64,000 bases of DNA from Podarcis erhardii (lineage: Eukaryota). Of this stretch, positions 23,574 through 35,426 are shown in pieces; within the stretch, counting starts at the first letter, position 1; the number at the start of each line of letters is the position of its first letter. The DNA lies in the NCBI GenBank assembly GCA_964252035.1, contig OZ176206.1; one strand, given 5' to 3'. The position numbers were made by a program, and so were the translations under genes. The notes under the pieces were generated by a model. That model was not told the DNA's origin, searched no databases, and worked only from the letters and a program-made list of their open reading frames with translations.

Positions 23574-23730
23574 GTTCAGTCAACGAAAACCAGAGATCAT
23601 CCACTTCATACAATGGAGACCTGAATGGTTTGCTGGTGCCAGATCCCATAGCATCTGGAGATGGTGCTTCCTTGACAAAGCCAGTACCCCAAGCAGTTCC
23701 TCTGGGAGCACTTCAGGAGAAGCAAGTCAT
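23574..23730 (+). CDS. EDC4: EDC4 exon 2 (SVNENQRSSTSYNGDLNGLLVPDP...LQEKQV)
   Basis: TTAG acceptor, GTAGGT donor, 157 nt. Confidence 0.93.
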
Positions 23731-24239
23731 GTAGGTATCTTGGTGGGAGAAAGTGGAGAGCGTGTCATGGGTCTGCTGAAAAATCTCAGCTCGGTAATTG
23801 CTCCTACAAAGACTGGGCTTCCAGCTTTCTTGATTACTGCTTTAAAGTTGTGTAACATTGTTTGTAGCTTCTGTTCCAGAGAGACTCAAATTTAAGATGG
23901 TGTGTTGTCTCCACAGTTGAGGGACTACATTCATACACAGCTTAATGGGGATACATTTTGTACAGTAATGGAGGCTTCATTGACAGTGCTGGGATTGAGG
24001 TTTGCAACTTGTGGTTTGCATTGTTTGCTGTCTTGTGTTGCTTCCAGTAAAACGCTCATTTGTCCATGAAAGACCATTTGCAGCAGGAAAGACAAGTGGT
24101 AAAATTGCTACTTCATAGTAACAGGCATGTTTGTTTAATTGGGGGCCTTCAGTAGTCATATCCCTAACTTTTCTTCATAACAAAAGCTGTTTGTCCTTGA
24201 GGTCTTTTGTTTTGACTACTTCTTCTCCTTTTCTTTTAG

Positions 24240-24351
24240 CTGCCTCTCTGGAGATGATAGCTCTACCTGTATGGTGATAACTGCTAAAGATGTTGAGATA
24301 GTAGCCAGCAGCGACTCTAGCATCACCAGTAAAGCTAGAGGGAGCAACAAG
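24240..24351 (+). CDS. EDC4: EDC4 exon 3 (CLSGDDSSTC...KARGSNK)
   Basis: TTTTAG / GTAAAA, 112 nt. Confidence 0.95.
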
Positions 24352-25337
24352 GTAAAAGTGGAAATATTCATCTGGACAATGTACAAAACCAGTTGGGTCA
24401 CCACTTGCCATCTTTTCAAGCGTGTAAAGCAGGGATGGGGAACCTGAGATCTTCCAGATGTCATGGGACTACAACTCTCACCATCTCTTACCATTGGCTA
24501 TGCTGAATGGGGCTGATAGGAGATGGAGTTCAACATCTGGAGACCTGGTTCCTCAGCCCTGATTTAAGGAGTCAGTGCCTGGATTGCTGGTGAATGAGGC
24601 TGAAGAGCGTAATAAGTTGGAGGGGTGGATTGAGTACTGTGGTGCTTCTCTTAGACTTTTTTTAAAGCAAGCATTCATGCCTCAGTCTTGGAATAGCCTG
24701 TTTTCTGTGCATATTAGCATTCCCTCTAATGTTCAGTGGTGATAGGCCTAAGTGCCATGGGAAGCCTTTGTTCACAAGAAAATGGTTGTGTGAGGTTGGG
24801 GATTGAGGCACTAGCTTCAAACTGCTGTCTTGGGCTGGTTCAGATGTAGCCTTTAACCACTTGATGATATATGAAAAAGTCCTTAAGAATTCCCACGTCC
24901 CCGAGTTCCTTTCCAGTCACCTTCCTTTCACGTGCCATGGTTCCCTCCCTGCCTTCTCCTGGTTTATGACAAACTGTAGCTTGCAATTTCATCCCAAACA
25001 GTTTCTGCAAACCAGAGAGGGCAGTGGGAATCATGGTACCTGGGAAGAAGGATTACGGTATAAGAGCCCAAAGGTCCCTAAAGACTCGTTCACATAGTGC
25101 CACACAGAGCACATACTTTCCATGCAGAAGGTCTCCAGTTCAGTCCCCAGCATCTCTTGAAGAGGGGAACAGGATTGGTGACTCCTGAACTAGGTGTTGG
25201 CTGTTTCCTCTCTCCTCAGCATATATAGATGATATTACAGTTTTATGTTCAGCAATGGATGCCTTGTCCCTATTTTGGCAAATGTTGAATTTAATTCCAC
25301 ACTTTAGCTGGTCTTTGTTTTCCTTTTTGCCCTCCAG

Positions 25338-25437
25338 GTAAAAATCCAGCCAGTGGCCAGGTATGACTGGGAGCAGAAATATTACTATGGTAACCTGATT
25401 GCTGTGTCAAATGCCTACCTGGCATATGCCATTAGAG
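25338..25437 (+). CDS. EDC4: EDC4 exon 4 (VKIQPVARYDWEQKYYYGNLIAVSNAYLAYAIR)
   Basis: CCAG / GTGAGG, 100 nt. Confidence 0.96.
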
Positions 25438-25601
25438 GTGAGGCATCTCTCCATCAACTTGGTTCTTTTGGCTAGGCTAGGTTTCTTGCAGTGGCCTTGT
25501 GTTGGGCTGAGGTCCTCTTTCTTTCCCCACAGCTGTAGAGAGTGCACTGGCATTGCCTCAGCCATTTTAACTGTCATATTCTTGTTGCTGTTCTTTGACA
25601 G

Positions 25602-25791
25602 GTGCCAGCAATGGCTCTGCAATGGTTCGGGTCCTGAGCGTTAGCACGGCAGAGCGAACCCTGCTGAAGGGCTTCACAGGTGGAGTGGCAGACCTGGCTT
25701 TTGCTCACCTCAATTCCAACCAGCTCGCTTGCCTGGATGAAGCTGGCAACCTCTTTGTCTGGCGCCTGGCCATGGAGAATGGAAAAATCCA
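25602..25791 (+). CDS. EDC4: EDC4 exon 5 (ASNGSAMVRVLSV...AMENGKI)
   Basis: ACAG / GTATCTTA (U12-like donor), 190 nt. Confidence 0.95.
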
Positions 25792-26683
25792 GTATCTTAT
25801 CTCTCAGTTCTGTTCTTCATAGGAGATAGCTGCAGTGTTGTTAGATACTGAGGCAACTTTGTAACTACAAGATAGGAAGTGGGCACTGTTTATTTCTGTA
25901 TCTTAGGCAGGGAACCTGTGGCCTTCCAGATATTGTCATTCTTAGCCACTGACCATGGTGCCTGGGGCTGATAGGTGTTGACAACTGAGAAAATCTGGAA
26001 GGCCAAAGTTTCCCCATCCCTGCCTTAAAGAGATGTACTAGTATTTATTTCTGCCAGCCAGCCAGCATCCAAGCATTATACATATTTTCTTCTTGCAAGT
26101 TATCCACCCAGGAAACAAGACTCTGACTCCTTGTATTGTGACTCAAAGGTCTCATTCACCAGTAACAATTGTGGCTTAATAAACTATAGCTCATTAAGAT
26201 GAGAATAGACATCAAGCTCTCACATGTGTATGTCACATGTGTTTTATTGTATTTTTAACATTTTGTTGGAAGCCACCCAGAGTGGCTGGGAAAACCCAGC
26301 CAGATGAGCGGGGTATAAATAATAAATTATTACTGTTATTATTATTGTTTTGCTTAAACCACAGTTACCCAATATATCCAAACCAGGAAGCTGTGGTTTA
26401 ATCCTAGTTTACTACCTAGCACAGGGCAGCCCAACTTTTCATACCAAGTGGGCTGCAAAGTACTTCAAAACGGATCCTGCGGGCCACACACTGCATTGTT
26501 GCATAGTGGGTGGAGTGAGACCAAAACATGATGCCCCCATCCCCCACTCAGCCCTCACACTGCCTTCCCAAAGCCGACTATGCAAGGCTCTGTGTTTGTT
26601 TCTACTACATCTCGGATAAATCACAAAGCAGTTGATACTACAAAGGAAAGTGATTTGTAGCTGTTCCTTAACTTGGTGATCAG
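25792..26683 (+). other. EDC4: U12-type (minor spliceosome) GT-AG intron, EDC4 intron 5
   Basis: Donor GTATCTTA, branch point TTCCTTAAC at 26664-26672, no polypyrimidine tract. Confidence 0.8.
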
Positions 26684-26831
26684 AGAGGAGATCCTGGTAA
26701 ACATCAAGCGACCTGATGGGACTCCTCTGAACAGCTCCCGGAGGATCATATGGTGTCCCTTCATCCCAGATGAGAACGAGGAGAGCTGTGAGGAAGGCAG
26801 TCAGACCCTGGCACTCTTACATGAGGATAGG
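26684..26831 (+). CDS. EDC4: EDC4 exon 6 (EEILVNIKRPDG...LLHEDR)
   Basis: TTCCTTAAC branch point then ATCAG, GTAAGC donor, 148 nt. Confidence 0.95.
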
Positions 26832-27229
26832 GTAAGCAGTTTTGATTTTTTTTCTTTCGTAAGGCGGTCATTCGTATTGAGGTACTAATAAGTTGTAGAT
26901 AAGGAATTAGAAAGATGTGCCCCATGGTTAGGTCAATTTTCCAGGTTCTCCTACATCCATGCACAAAGCACCTCACAGCATGTAAACTGGTACAAGTTTA
27001 TCAAGTCAGCCTCTGCTTTTATTTAAGTAAGTCTGGCAAGTGTGGTTGTCTTGTGCTATTTCTGGGTGTGGTACTTGTGAGGAATAAACACAGGAGATGG
27101 TGCAGAGTGCATGGGAGGATAGTGAATGCAGAGCGAGGTGGTAACTGGAATGGCAGGTGACTTTATGTTCACTCCTGGCAGAGCTTCAGTATGCAGTTTG
27201 TATGCTTCCTTCTTCTCTTCGTTTTGCAG

Positions 27230-27334
27230 GCAGAGGTTTGGGACCTTGATATAATCCGAGCCAATCATAATTCATGGCCAGTAGAAGTGACCAGCATCAA
27301 AGAGGGCTTTATTGTGGTAAAAGGTCACAGCACG
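27230..27334 (+). CDS. EDC4: EDC4 exon 7 (AEVWDLDIIR...KGHST)
   Basis: TTGCAG / GTAAGA, 105 nt. Confidence 0.96.
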
Positions 27335-28708
27335 GTAAGAGTTCTGCTGCTGTCATTGGTGTCTGTCTCCCGTTACAGAGCTGAGCCATCTGTTACATAT
27401 GTTTAATTCCTTAATCCAACAGTTTTCAATATTCTGAAGAGGCCTGTGGCTTCATCCACTTGGTTTATGGGATCAGTGGCAAAAGGGTCTGAGTGTGTGA
27501 GCTATTAGACCAGAAGCAGAGGACCTTTGGCTCTGCAGATTTTGCTGAACTACTACTCCTATCATCCCTGATCATAGACATGTTTGCTGGGGCTTATTAG
27601 ACTGTTGCTGAGTTCCTGCTTTTCCCATATGGCAAAGAACAGGCCTTTATGACTGGACAAGTAAAGATGGCATCTTTTTCACCTTTCCAGTGTGGTTTTG
27701 TGGCAGTATTTCCCTCCCCCTCGAAGCACTCTTGTTAAGGGTTATGGGTGGAAAACTTCCAGCCTCTGCTTATGGGGGCTCTTTGTATTGCACAGCTTTA
27801 TGTTTTGGTTTAACAGCACTGGGGACAAAAGAAGCCTCTTTAAAATGGGAAGTGAGGTGAGAGGGCACAGCGTGATGTTTGAGAGCATGATTGGGTAAGA
27901 GTCCTGCTGTGAATGGAAAGGTGCTTGACACTTCACTGATCCAAACATGCATGAGGTAGTGGGAGAAGTTAAAATAGTCAGAGTCAGAGGAAGTCAGTGC
28001 ATTGATGGCAGCTGAGCCCAAGATAGTGATGGAGGCTGTCACCTGGAGAATACAGAATGAAAAAGTACTGTAACAAATATCGCCTCAAATGTTTTAATTT
28101 TTTATCAACTTAACATAGTGAACACCTGGGAAATCGAAAGTACTTTGGCTCAAATGGGCAATATGTGCTGCTGCTGATATAAAAGTTGATAAACATTCAC
28201 TGTATAAAAAGAAAGAAGGGAAGAAACATCAGGTTATTAATGTGATTCACATGTATATCACAACCATGTTGGGTTTTTTTCACATGTAACACTAACTCGT
28301 AACTTTGCTTTGTTGAACAAACCAGGATGACAGATGAGCAAAGTGACCACAGCTTATTTCACCTTACATTGGTTGCATTTTCTAAACACTTGTGTATCTG
28401 TAGCTGGGTCATGGTCTGGGGTAGGGTACCAAAACAAGCTAGAATTAAGTTCAGGTGTAATAAGAAGCCATGGTTATTGCAAGCCTCAATTCATAAGCCA
28501 GTTTTAAACCATGATTACATACAGTATTTTAGTTTCTTGGCCACAAGCAAGCCACAGTTGACCAGGTTCGGTTCAGGCATACAAGCAAGCACATTTAAGC
28601 TAAATAAACCACAGCTTAGCATTGGGTGCAAACCAGGTCGTTGCTTTGTATTTCATTGAAGTTGTATTGCTGAGTGAAAGCTGATTTTTTTTCCCTGTCC
28701 CTGTCTAG

Positions 28709-28818
28709 CGTCTGAGTGAGGGAGCCCTTTCCCCAGATGGAACTGTTTTGGCCACCGCAAGCCATGATGGCTTTGTCAAATTCTGGCAGATTTACATAGA
28801 AGGACAGGATGAACCAAG
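28709..28818 (+). CDS. EDC4: EDC4 exon 8 (RLSEGALSPDGTVLATASHDGFVKFWQIYIEGQDEP)
   Basis: TCTAG / GTAACT, 110 nt, WD40 motif. Confidence 0.96.
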
Positions 28819-29190
28819 GTAACTTCAGAAGCTCAGTGTCTCTTGATTTGGTGTGCCTCAAGCCTACTTACATGCACAGTCCCTTGCTCCAAATATAGTC
28901 TCAATTTGGCATGACTTTGTTGTTCTACAACAATATTCCTGGTGCTCTCCAGATATTTTGGGTTACAACTCACACCATCTTCTTTCCCGTGCTGATTAGA
29001 GCTGATGAAATTGTAGTCCAAAGCATCTGACCTCCAAGCTTTATTAAAGTTCTTGTGCTCTATTGTCTGACCGTCCACTTGTAAATAGTTTGGATTCTTG
29101 AGAGCAAGTTGCTGACTAAAGGAACCATTTCACACCTGCAGTTATGAAGGAGCGGGCTCTCAGTCATCATTTCTTTGATTTCCTACCTAG

Positions 29191-29274
29191 GTGCCTGCAT
29201 GAATGGAAGCCTCATGATGGTAGACCTCTCTCCTGCTTGCTGTTCTGTGACAACCATAAAAAACAAGATCCAGA
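29191..29274 (+). CDS. EDC4: EDC4 exon 9 (CLHEWKPHDGRPLSCLLFCDNHKKQDP)
   Basis: CCTAG / GTAAGA, 84 nt. Confidence 0.96.
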
Positions 29275-30667
29275 GTAAGACATGATTTTGTTTTTATTTG
29301 CTAAGGGTGTCCCATTTCTGGTGGGAAGCAGGACAGTATGGAAAAATAAATATATTTGCTCTGTATTTACCCCATGAAGGTTCATTGCTATAATAAAGTA
29401 ACAGGACCCTACAGATCAGTCATTTACAACTTTCTAGTCTAGTTCCTCTATTCCTCCAGGTGTAAGTGCTGGCAAGGAAGAGCCTTTATGTCTGTAATTT
29501 TAACTTAAAGATTATTTCTGAAGCATTGTGGGATGCAACATAGGCATGCCTTGTAGTTTTCCCCTCATTACTTGAACACTTGTGGCTGGAGTGTCTATGA
29601 GCCTGACGTAAACTGGGAACCTAGTCTCTGGCTTCAAATTTGGTGTCAGTTCTGGCTGCCTGTTGATCCATAAGCTTTATTAAGGTTCCTGAGTTCTGTA
29701 CTCTTTTTAAGATAGTGTACATTATAGGGAACAAGTTACTGGAAAACGAACTCCCCCTGTGTTTGCAATAAGAGTAGAGTGTGGCATAATATGACCTAGC
29801 ACTGCTGCTGTACCAGAAAATGTTGATATACTTACCTACCTGCCCCTCATTCCCAAGTACAGCATGCAATGAGGAGCAGATGTTGAGTGGCAGTTCTACC
29901 CATGTGCCCCACAGAAAGAACAACCCCTCTTTCCTCTTCCTTCCCCCTCCTTGCAAGAAGTTAACAGACGGGAGCAGACCCACAGGAGAATGGGCTAAGG
30001 CTCCCAGCAGCTGATGGTATGCTGATTACCTATGCACACATGAGTACAATTCACATGTCCTGTAGGTCCAGTCTCTGTACCACAATCTTGTAATGCTTTG
30101 GTTTGAGCAAAGAGAATCAGCCAGTTAAGAGAGTCTGGTATCTAGTTGTTTTTGAGGAGAGGCATCAACTTGTATGAGAGAAAATCTGCCAGTTAAGAAT
30201 TTTCAGAGGCTTGCTGTTCAGGCTTTCACCCCTCTACACAATTGGAGAAGGAAAGTAGGGGTGTGCTCATTGGCCCCACCACCTCCATTATGTTCCTGAG
30301 GGCTCATAGCTATCTTGACTTCTATGGGTTTTGGCTGAGGTCTTGCAGTGGGGAGCCTTTTCTACTTCTATAGGCGCCCCACATGATTTAGGTCCCTGCG
30401 TGTTGAGAGTTCTGTATGGCGCAGGAAGCCTACACAGATAGAGGAGGCGTCCCATGGCAGAAGTTGAGCCTGAATGTGTGGAGGACTTGGAGAGATGACC
30501 TGTTGGGAACGTGACAGAGCACAGCCAACATCTCCCCACATCCCGACTCCCCACTTACCTGGCTGGAATAGTGTGAAGGCAAACAAATTAATAAAGCTAT
30601 GGAGCAAGCAAAATGGCCATTTCTAGTCATCACTCGTTCCTTCTCATCCATCCTTTCATTTCTGCAG

Positions 30668-30763
30668 AGTTCCCTTCTGGAGGTTTCTCATCACAGGAGC
30701 AGAACAGAATCGAGAGCTGAAGATGTGGTGCACTGTATCATGGACCTGCCTACAGACTGTCCG
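30668..30763 (+). CDS. EDC4: EDC4 exon 10 (VPFWRFLITGAEQNRELKMWCTVSWTCLQTV)
   Basis: TGCAG / GTAAGT, 96 nt. Confidence 0.96.
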
Positions 30764-30883
30764 GTAAGTATTGCTCTAGTCATCAGTTGTGCATGGTAGG
30801 AGCCCGTAATGAATGTGTGTGTGTGTGTGGAAGGATAACCGAGAAGGGCAACTAACAGTCTTTGTCCCCCTGCCAATGATTTA

Positions 30884-31057
30884 GCTCTGTGTTAGAGCAT
30901 CTGTATTGCATGCAGAAGTTCCGAGATTCCATCCCTGGTGTTTCTAGGTAGGATTGGGGAATACTTCTGGTTGAAATTCTGGAGAATCGGAGTAGACCAT
31001 GCTGAACTAGATGGACCAATGGTCTGATTCTGTATAAGGCGGCTCTCTATGTACCTA
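30884..31057 (+). mobile_element. tRNA-derived SINE (Squam3-like)
   Basis: Head AGAGCATCTG..TTGCATGCAGAAG and tail CTAGATGGACCAATGGTCTG...TATAAGGC. Confidence 0.6.
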
Positions 31058-31153
31058 AAAAGGCAGGCTTCAGCAATGCACACAACACGTCACTAAAGAG
31101 AAAGATTATTAGTAGACATCTGAGGGAAACTGTTTTCACTGTGTCATTTTCAG

Positions 31154-31256
31154 ATTTTCTCCGGATATATTCAGCTCCATGAGTGTCCTTCCTAGTTTGA
31201 AGGCCTGCCTGGATCTCTCAGCTGAATACCTGATTTTGAGTGATGTGCAGAGAAAG
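31154..31256 (+). CDS. EDC4: EDC4 exon 11 (FSPDIFSSMSVLPSLK...SDVQRK)
   Basis: TTCAG / GTAGGC, 103 nt. Confidence 0.96.
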
Positions 31257-31646
31257 GTAGGCAAGTTCTGTTGAGAGGTTGGGTGCAAGAGGAAAAGGCA
31301 TCTGCAATACTGCTAGGCTAGGGAGTGTGGGGCCTGTTGTTAACATATAAAAGAGATGGTTGGGGCTAGCAGCAGCTGTTTGATTAAGCAAAGCATTTGG
31401 TTCCTTTTAGTGGGTGTAAACTTTTAAAAGTTCTCATTTTCAGAAAAGATCTGTGAATCCAGAATTAGTTCAGTACTGCTGACCAACTTTCATGCTGGGT
31501 TTGGGGAGAGGCAGTGTGTTGGCTTCTCCCATTGTCCCTAGCCTGTTCCTTGGCCCAAGGTGCAGGTGCACTTGTGTTCTTCCTGGTACAAGAGCCCCTT
31601 ATTGCTTACGTTACTGCAGGGTATCTACCTGATTCTTTCCTCTTAG

Positions 31647-31827
31647 GTCTTGTATGTGATGGAACTTGTGCAGAACCAGGAGGAGGGCAAAGCTTATTTC
31701 AGCTCCATCTCAGAGTTTCTGCTGACCCATCCAGTCCTGAGTTTTGGCATCCAGATGGTCAGCCGCTGCCGGCTGAGACACACAGAGGTCCTGCCAGCGG
31801 AAGAGGAGACCGATGGCCTTAGTGCAG
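31647..31827 (+). CDS. EDC4: EDC4 exon 12 (VLYVMELVQNQEEG...DGLSA)
   Basis: CTTAG / GTGAGT, 181 nt. Confidence 0.96.
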
Positions 31828-32277
31828 GTGAGTGATAAAAGATGTGTCTCATCAAAAGTAAGGAAGATAAAGATGACTGTCTCTCTGGTAGCTAGCCTGA
31901 TTCTCCAAATGCTAGGCAAGCTTTGCTTCTCTAGTCACACAAAACCACGGTTTACAAAGTTTAACTGGTTTGTCATGGTGTCCAAACCTGTAAACCATGA
32001 TTGGTCATTGGCCCACAAACTATAATGTGAAACCCATAGTTTGAAGCTGACTTGAAACCTGCCATTTGGACTGAAGTCTGAATTGTTGGTTTGGGAGTCT
32101 GCCATGCCTGATTGGATGGAAACAGAAGTACTTGAGTGGCTCTTAGTTTGGGTTCCCGGTGGTCACCCAGCTAACAGTTTGCCTACTGCTTTGGTCTCAG
32201 CTGTTAATGTGATTGCCAATATATCAACAGTGTAAGACAAAGATGCCAAAACAGAAGCAAACAACAGATGATGCTAG

Positions 32278-32540
32278 ATTCAGGTAGGTAGCCATGTTGG
32301 TCTGGTGCAGTCGAAATATATTAAAAAAATTGTCCAGTAGCACCTTGGAGACCAACTAAGTTAGTTCTTGGTATAAGCTTTCGTGTGCATTCACACTTCT
32401 TCAGATACACTGAAACAGACGTCGCCAGACCTTTATATACAGTGGGAGGGTGGGGTGGGGGTTTTCTCAGGAGGGTAGTAGGAGATGGGTGATTGACTCA
32501 GTGGGTATGGTAAACCTGTTGATGACTGTTAATGACTGTC
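32278..32540 (-). mobile_element. Penelope-like element terminal fragment
   Basis: CAGGTAGGTAGCCATGTTGGTCTG...GTAGCACCTTGGAGACCAACTAAG...AGCTTTCGTGTGCA.TCACACTTCTTCAGATAC is a terminal-repeat motif I associate with reptile Penelope elements. It contains a hammerhead core. Right boundary approximate. Confidence 0.7.
32371..32408 (-). ncRNA. Minimal type I hammerhead ribozyme motif
   Basis: Minus strand reads GUAU-CUGAAGA-A-GUGUG(AAUG)CACAC-GAAA-GC-UU-AUAC. Stem I (4 bp), stem II (5 bp), an AGCU palindromic stem III and the core are all present. Confidence 0.75.
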
Positions 32541-33073
32541 AGTTTTTTGCAATAGGCCAAAGCAGAGCATTTAAGGGACAGCATCCCAGGGATTCCACGG
32601 GAAGTAGGCAAGAAAACACACAGTATAAATGATGGTTTCATTATATCTTTGGAGCACACCGTGGTTTGTTTTTAAACTGCTGTTAGCACAAGCCATGGTT
32701 TTGTGGGATACTGGAATTCTGTCATAGTCTTTCTTCTCAAGTGTTGAGTGTTAGAATGGTACATACCCCCTTGGCTCCTTCTGCCTGAGAGCAGGTAAGG
32801 CTTGTACTTTTGTCCCAGAGCAGCCATCCTGAGCACTTTCTTACACTGTGAGCAGCCTTATCCTACTTTACTCAGAAGGTAAGCAAGGAGACTTTACCTG
32901 CTAAACATGGAAGGAAACATGTTTTTTTAAAAAAATATTTTGAAATGTTTCTGTTTTTACTGATTATTTTAATATGTCTTGTAAACCACTTAGAAGTTTT
33001 ATTACAACCAAGCAGTGTATATATATTGTTATAAAGAAAAATAAAAATTCATCCATTTTTTTCTTCTTCCTAG

Positions 33074-33146
33074 AAGGTACTCAAGGTACTGGAGCGGTGG
33101 AATCAGCAGCAGGGGTGCTTATCAAACTCTTTTGTGTCCACACCAA
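33074..33146 (+). CDS. EDC4: EDC4 exon 13 (GTQGTGAVESAAGVLIKLFCVHT)
   Basis: TAGAAG tandem acceptor / GTGAGT, 73 nt. Confidence 0.92.
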
Positions 33147-33786
33147 GTGAGTATTTTGTAGGACAGCTGTTCTCCAGGCCTGCCTTTTAATTTTTTAACA
33201 AGACTTTACTAACTTAATACAGGTTCAGTTTTTGCCAGCCCACAAGATGGGATGGTACCATAGGTAACTAACTGCCTCTTAACTGCCCTGGAGTGAACTT
33301 TCATGCTTTTCCTCCAAACAGAGATAACTTTTGCTTGCTGCTGCCAAAACAGCAGTCCTGGGCTTTGTGACCAAAGGGTTACATCATAATGCAAGTGGTT
33401 CTCACCAAAATAATTCCATTTATGTACCAAATAAACCCTCATTCTGCACCTGGAATGCAATGCAAATATTAGGTGCAGATAATGCAAACATTTTGTTGTT
33501 GGGATTATGAACATCTCTTTAATAGGGGATGTTATGGATTGCAGGATCACAAGGCATGTGTGTGCAGGGGAGCAGTGGGGACCCAGTTGCACCTGTGCTT
33601 GAGGCTTTAGCAAACAAGCTACAAGTGTCAGATGCAAATGAGAAGTGGCAGTGGAGTACACTGTTTTAATGGAATCTCTGTCTGCTACTGGTTTTCTTTT
33701 GCACAAAGCAACGTTGCTTGTTTAGCATGGTGTTTGCCTATCGAGGCCAAGTTTGTAAACCAAAACAATCTATCTGGATGTTGCAG

Positions 33787-33878
33787 GGCCCTTCAGGATG
33801 TGCAGATCAGATTTCAGCCTCTCCATAGTCCAGACACAGCTGCTCCAATTCCTCCCCATGGCTCCCATGAAGATTTTG
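33787..33878 (+). CDS. EDC4: EDC4 exon 14 (ALQDVQIRFQPLHSPD...HEDF)
   Basis: TGCAG / GTGAGT, 92 nt. Confidence 0.95.
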
Positions 33879-34505
33879 GTGAGTCCTCTGTTCTAAAAAA
33901 TGTTTGTGTTTCCTTGTTAATTTGACTATCCCATCTGATATCAAGGTACCCTAATTTGAAAGTTTGCTATGTCTCAAAGCTGACAATGGAAATTCTTGCT
34001 AGTGCTCAAGAATTCTGGATACCAAGTCTGTTGTAGTTGCTGAGTTATTTTTGGACTGTGGGCAATCCTTTTGTCAATTGTGGTACTTCATTTCAGGAAA
34101 GGGACCTTAATTCAGTGGTAGAGTACATCAGAAGATGTATTGGCTTGTTTATTACATTTATTTATATCTAAGTTTAGTCCCTGGCATTTTCAGTTGCTGC
34201 CAGGCAGAGTAGACCATGCTGGGCTATATGAACAAAGAGTCTGATCTGGTATAAGGCACCTTTGTATAGCCTAGGTTTCTCTGCCTCTGGACAAAATCTT
34301 GCCTGGCCCTGACTTTTGCTGTCGAGTCTCTGGGAATAGCCAGGGACCTTGGTTTGTCTTGCAGTCTGTACCCCTACCCCTCCCCAACCTGTGTGTGTTA
34401 ATATTAATTTAACTGAGTGGCTGGTGGAAGGAGGCTGTGTGGTTTTAAATGTCTGTTTTCTCTCTCTGTACAAGTTGCTTTTAAACTGTCTGGTGTGTTT
34501 TGAAG

Positions 34506-34702
34506 CATTCCCAGATCACCTTGCTGACCTGGGCGCAGAAGGGCTTGGATCAGAGAAGGGATCCGTGCATGGCTCACAGCCTGACTTGCGCCGCATTTCA
34601 GAGCTATCTGTTCCCGTGGATTTCCTCTCCCCTTCCAATGACACAAAACCCAAGCTCATGACTCCAGATGCATTCATGACTCCCAGTACATCTCTGCAGC
34701 AG
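34506..34702 (+). CDS. EDC4: EDC4 exon 15 (FPDHLADLGAEGLG...KPKLMTPDAFMTPSTSLQQ)
   Basis: TGAAG acceptor (in-frame alternative CCAG at 34514) / GTAACC, 197 nt. Confidence 0.88.
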
Positions 34703-35274
34703 GTAACCTCCTTAGAGTGTGTTTCAGATGGGAGCAAATTCCTTTGCTGCCTTCAATTTGGACATTTTAACGTAAAAGACTTGGGATTCCTTATAGCAAG
34801 AGTGGAGAACCTGTGGCTTGGAATGTTGGGACTTCTAGACTACTGGCTCTACTGGCCGGGCTGATGAGAGTTGTCATCCAAAATATCTAGAGAGCACCAT
34901 GTTGGGGAAATCTGGATTAGATAGTGCTCAGGACAACAAAGAACAGAGAAGCAATTTCCTTTGTTCCTTGTATATATTTTTAAGCCAGCAGTTACTCAAA
35001 TCTGTTCTAAGCACTAATTGGAATTAACTATTTGACCCAATTTGTACTACTTTGTATGCCACTTAATTGTGCAATTATGCACTTAATTGTAAGTAAAACC
35101 TCTGAGCTCTTTAAAAGAATATAAAATATATGTTAAAAATGTCAGTAAAAGTCAAAGTTAAAAACAAGCTTTAAGAAAATCAGAATTGTAAGCAGAAGTA
35201 AGGAGAAAGTGTGGTGCTTCTTATAATGGCAAAATAGAAATAGTATTCAGGTGGTGCAGAGTTAATTTACTCCA

Positions 35275-35276
<2 letters not shown>

Positions 35277-35320
<44 letters not shown>
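35277..35320. repeat. (TA)22 microsatellite
   Basis: Read directly. Confidence 0.95.
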
Positions 35321-35328
<8 letters not shown>

Positions 35329-35426
35329 TACAAGAGGAGTGTTTACTAGCAGGCAATACTGTGTATGTATTCAATTAAAATGCTTGCTGGCAGAGTTTTC
35401 TAACACCATTGAATTTTCTGTGCCAG

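Noticed and set aside
32444-32461. G-quadruplex motif GGGAGGGTGGGGTGGGGG
   Set aside because: It lies within the Penelope-like fragment, such motifs are common, and there is no sign of a host function.
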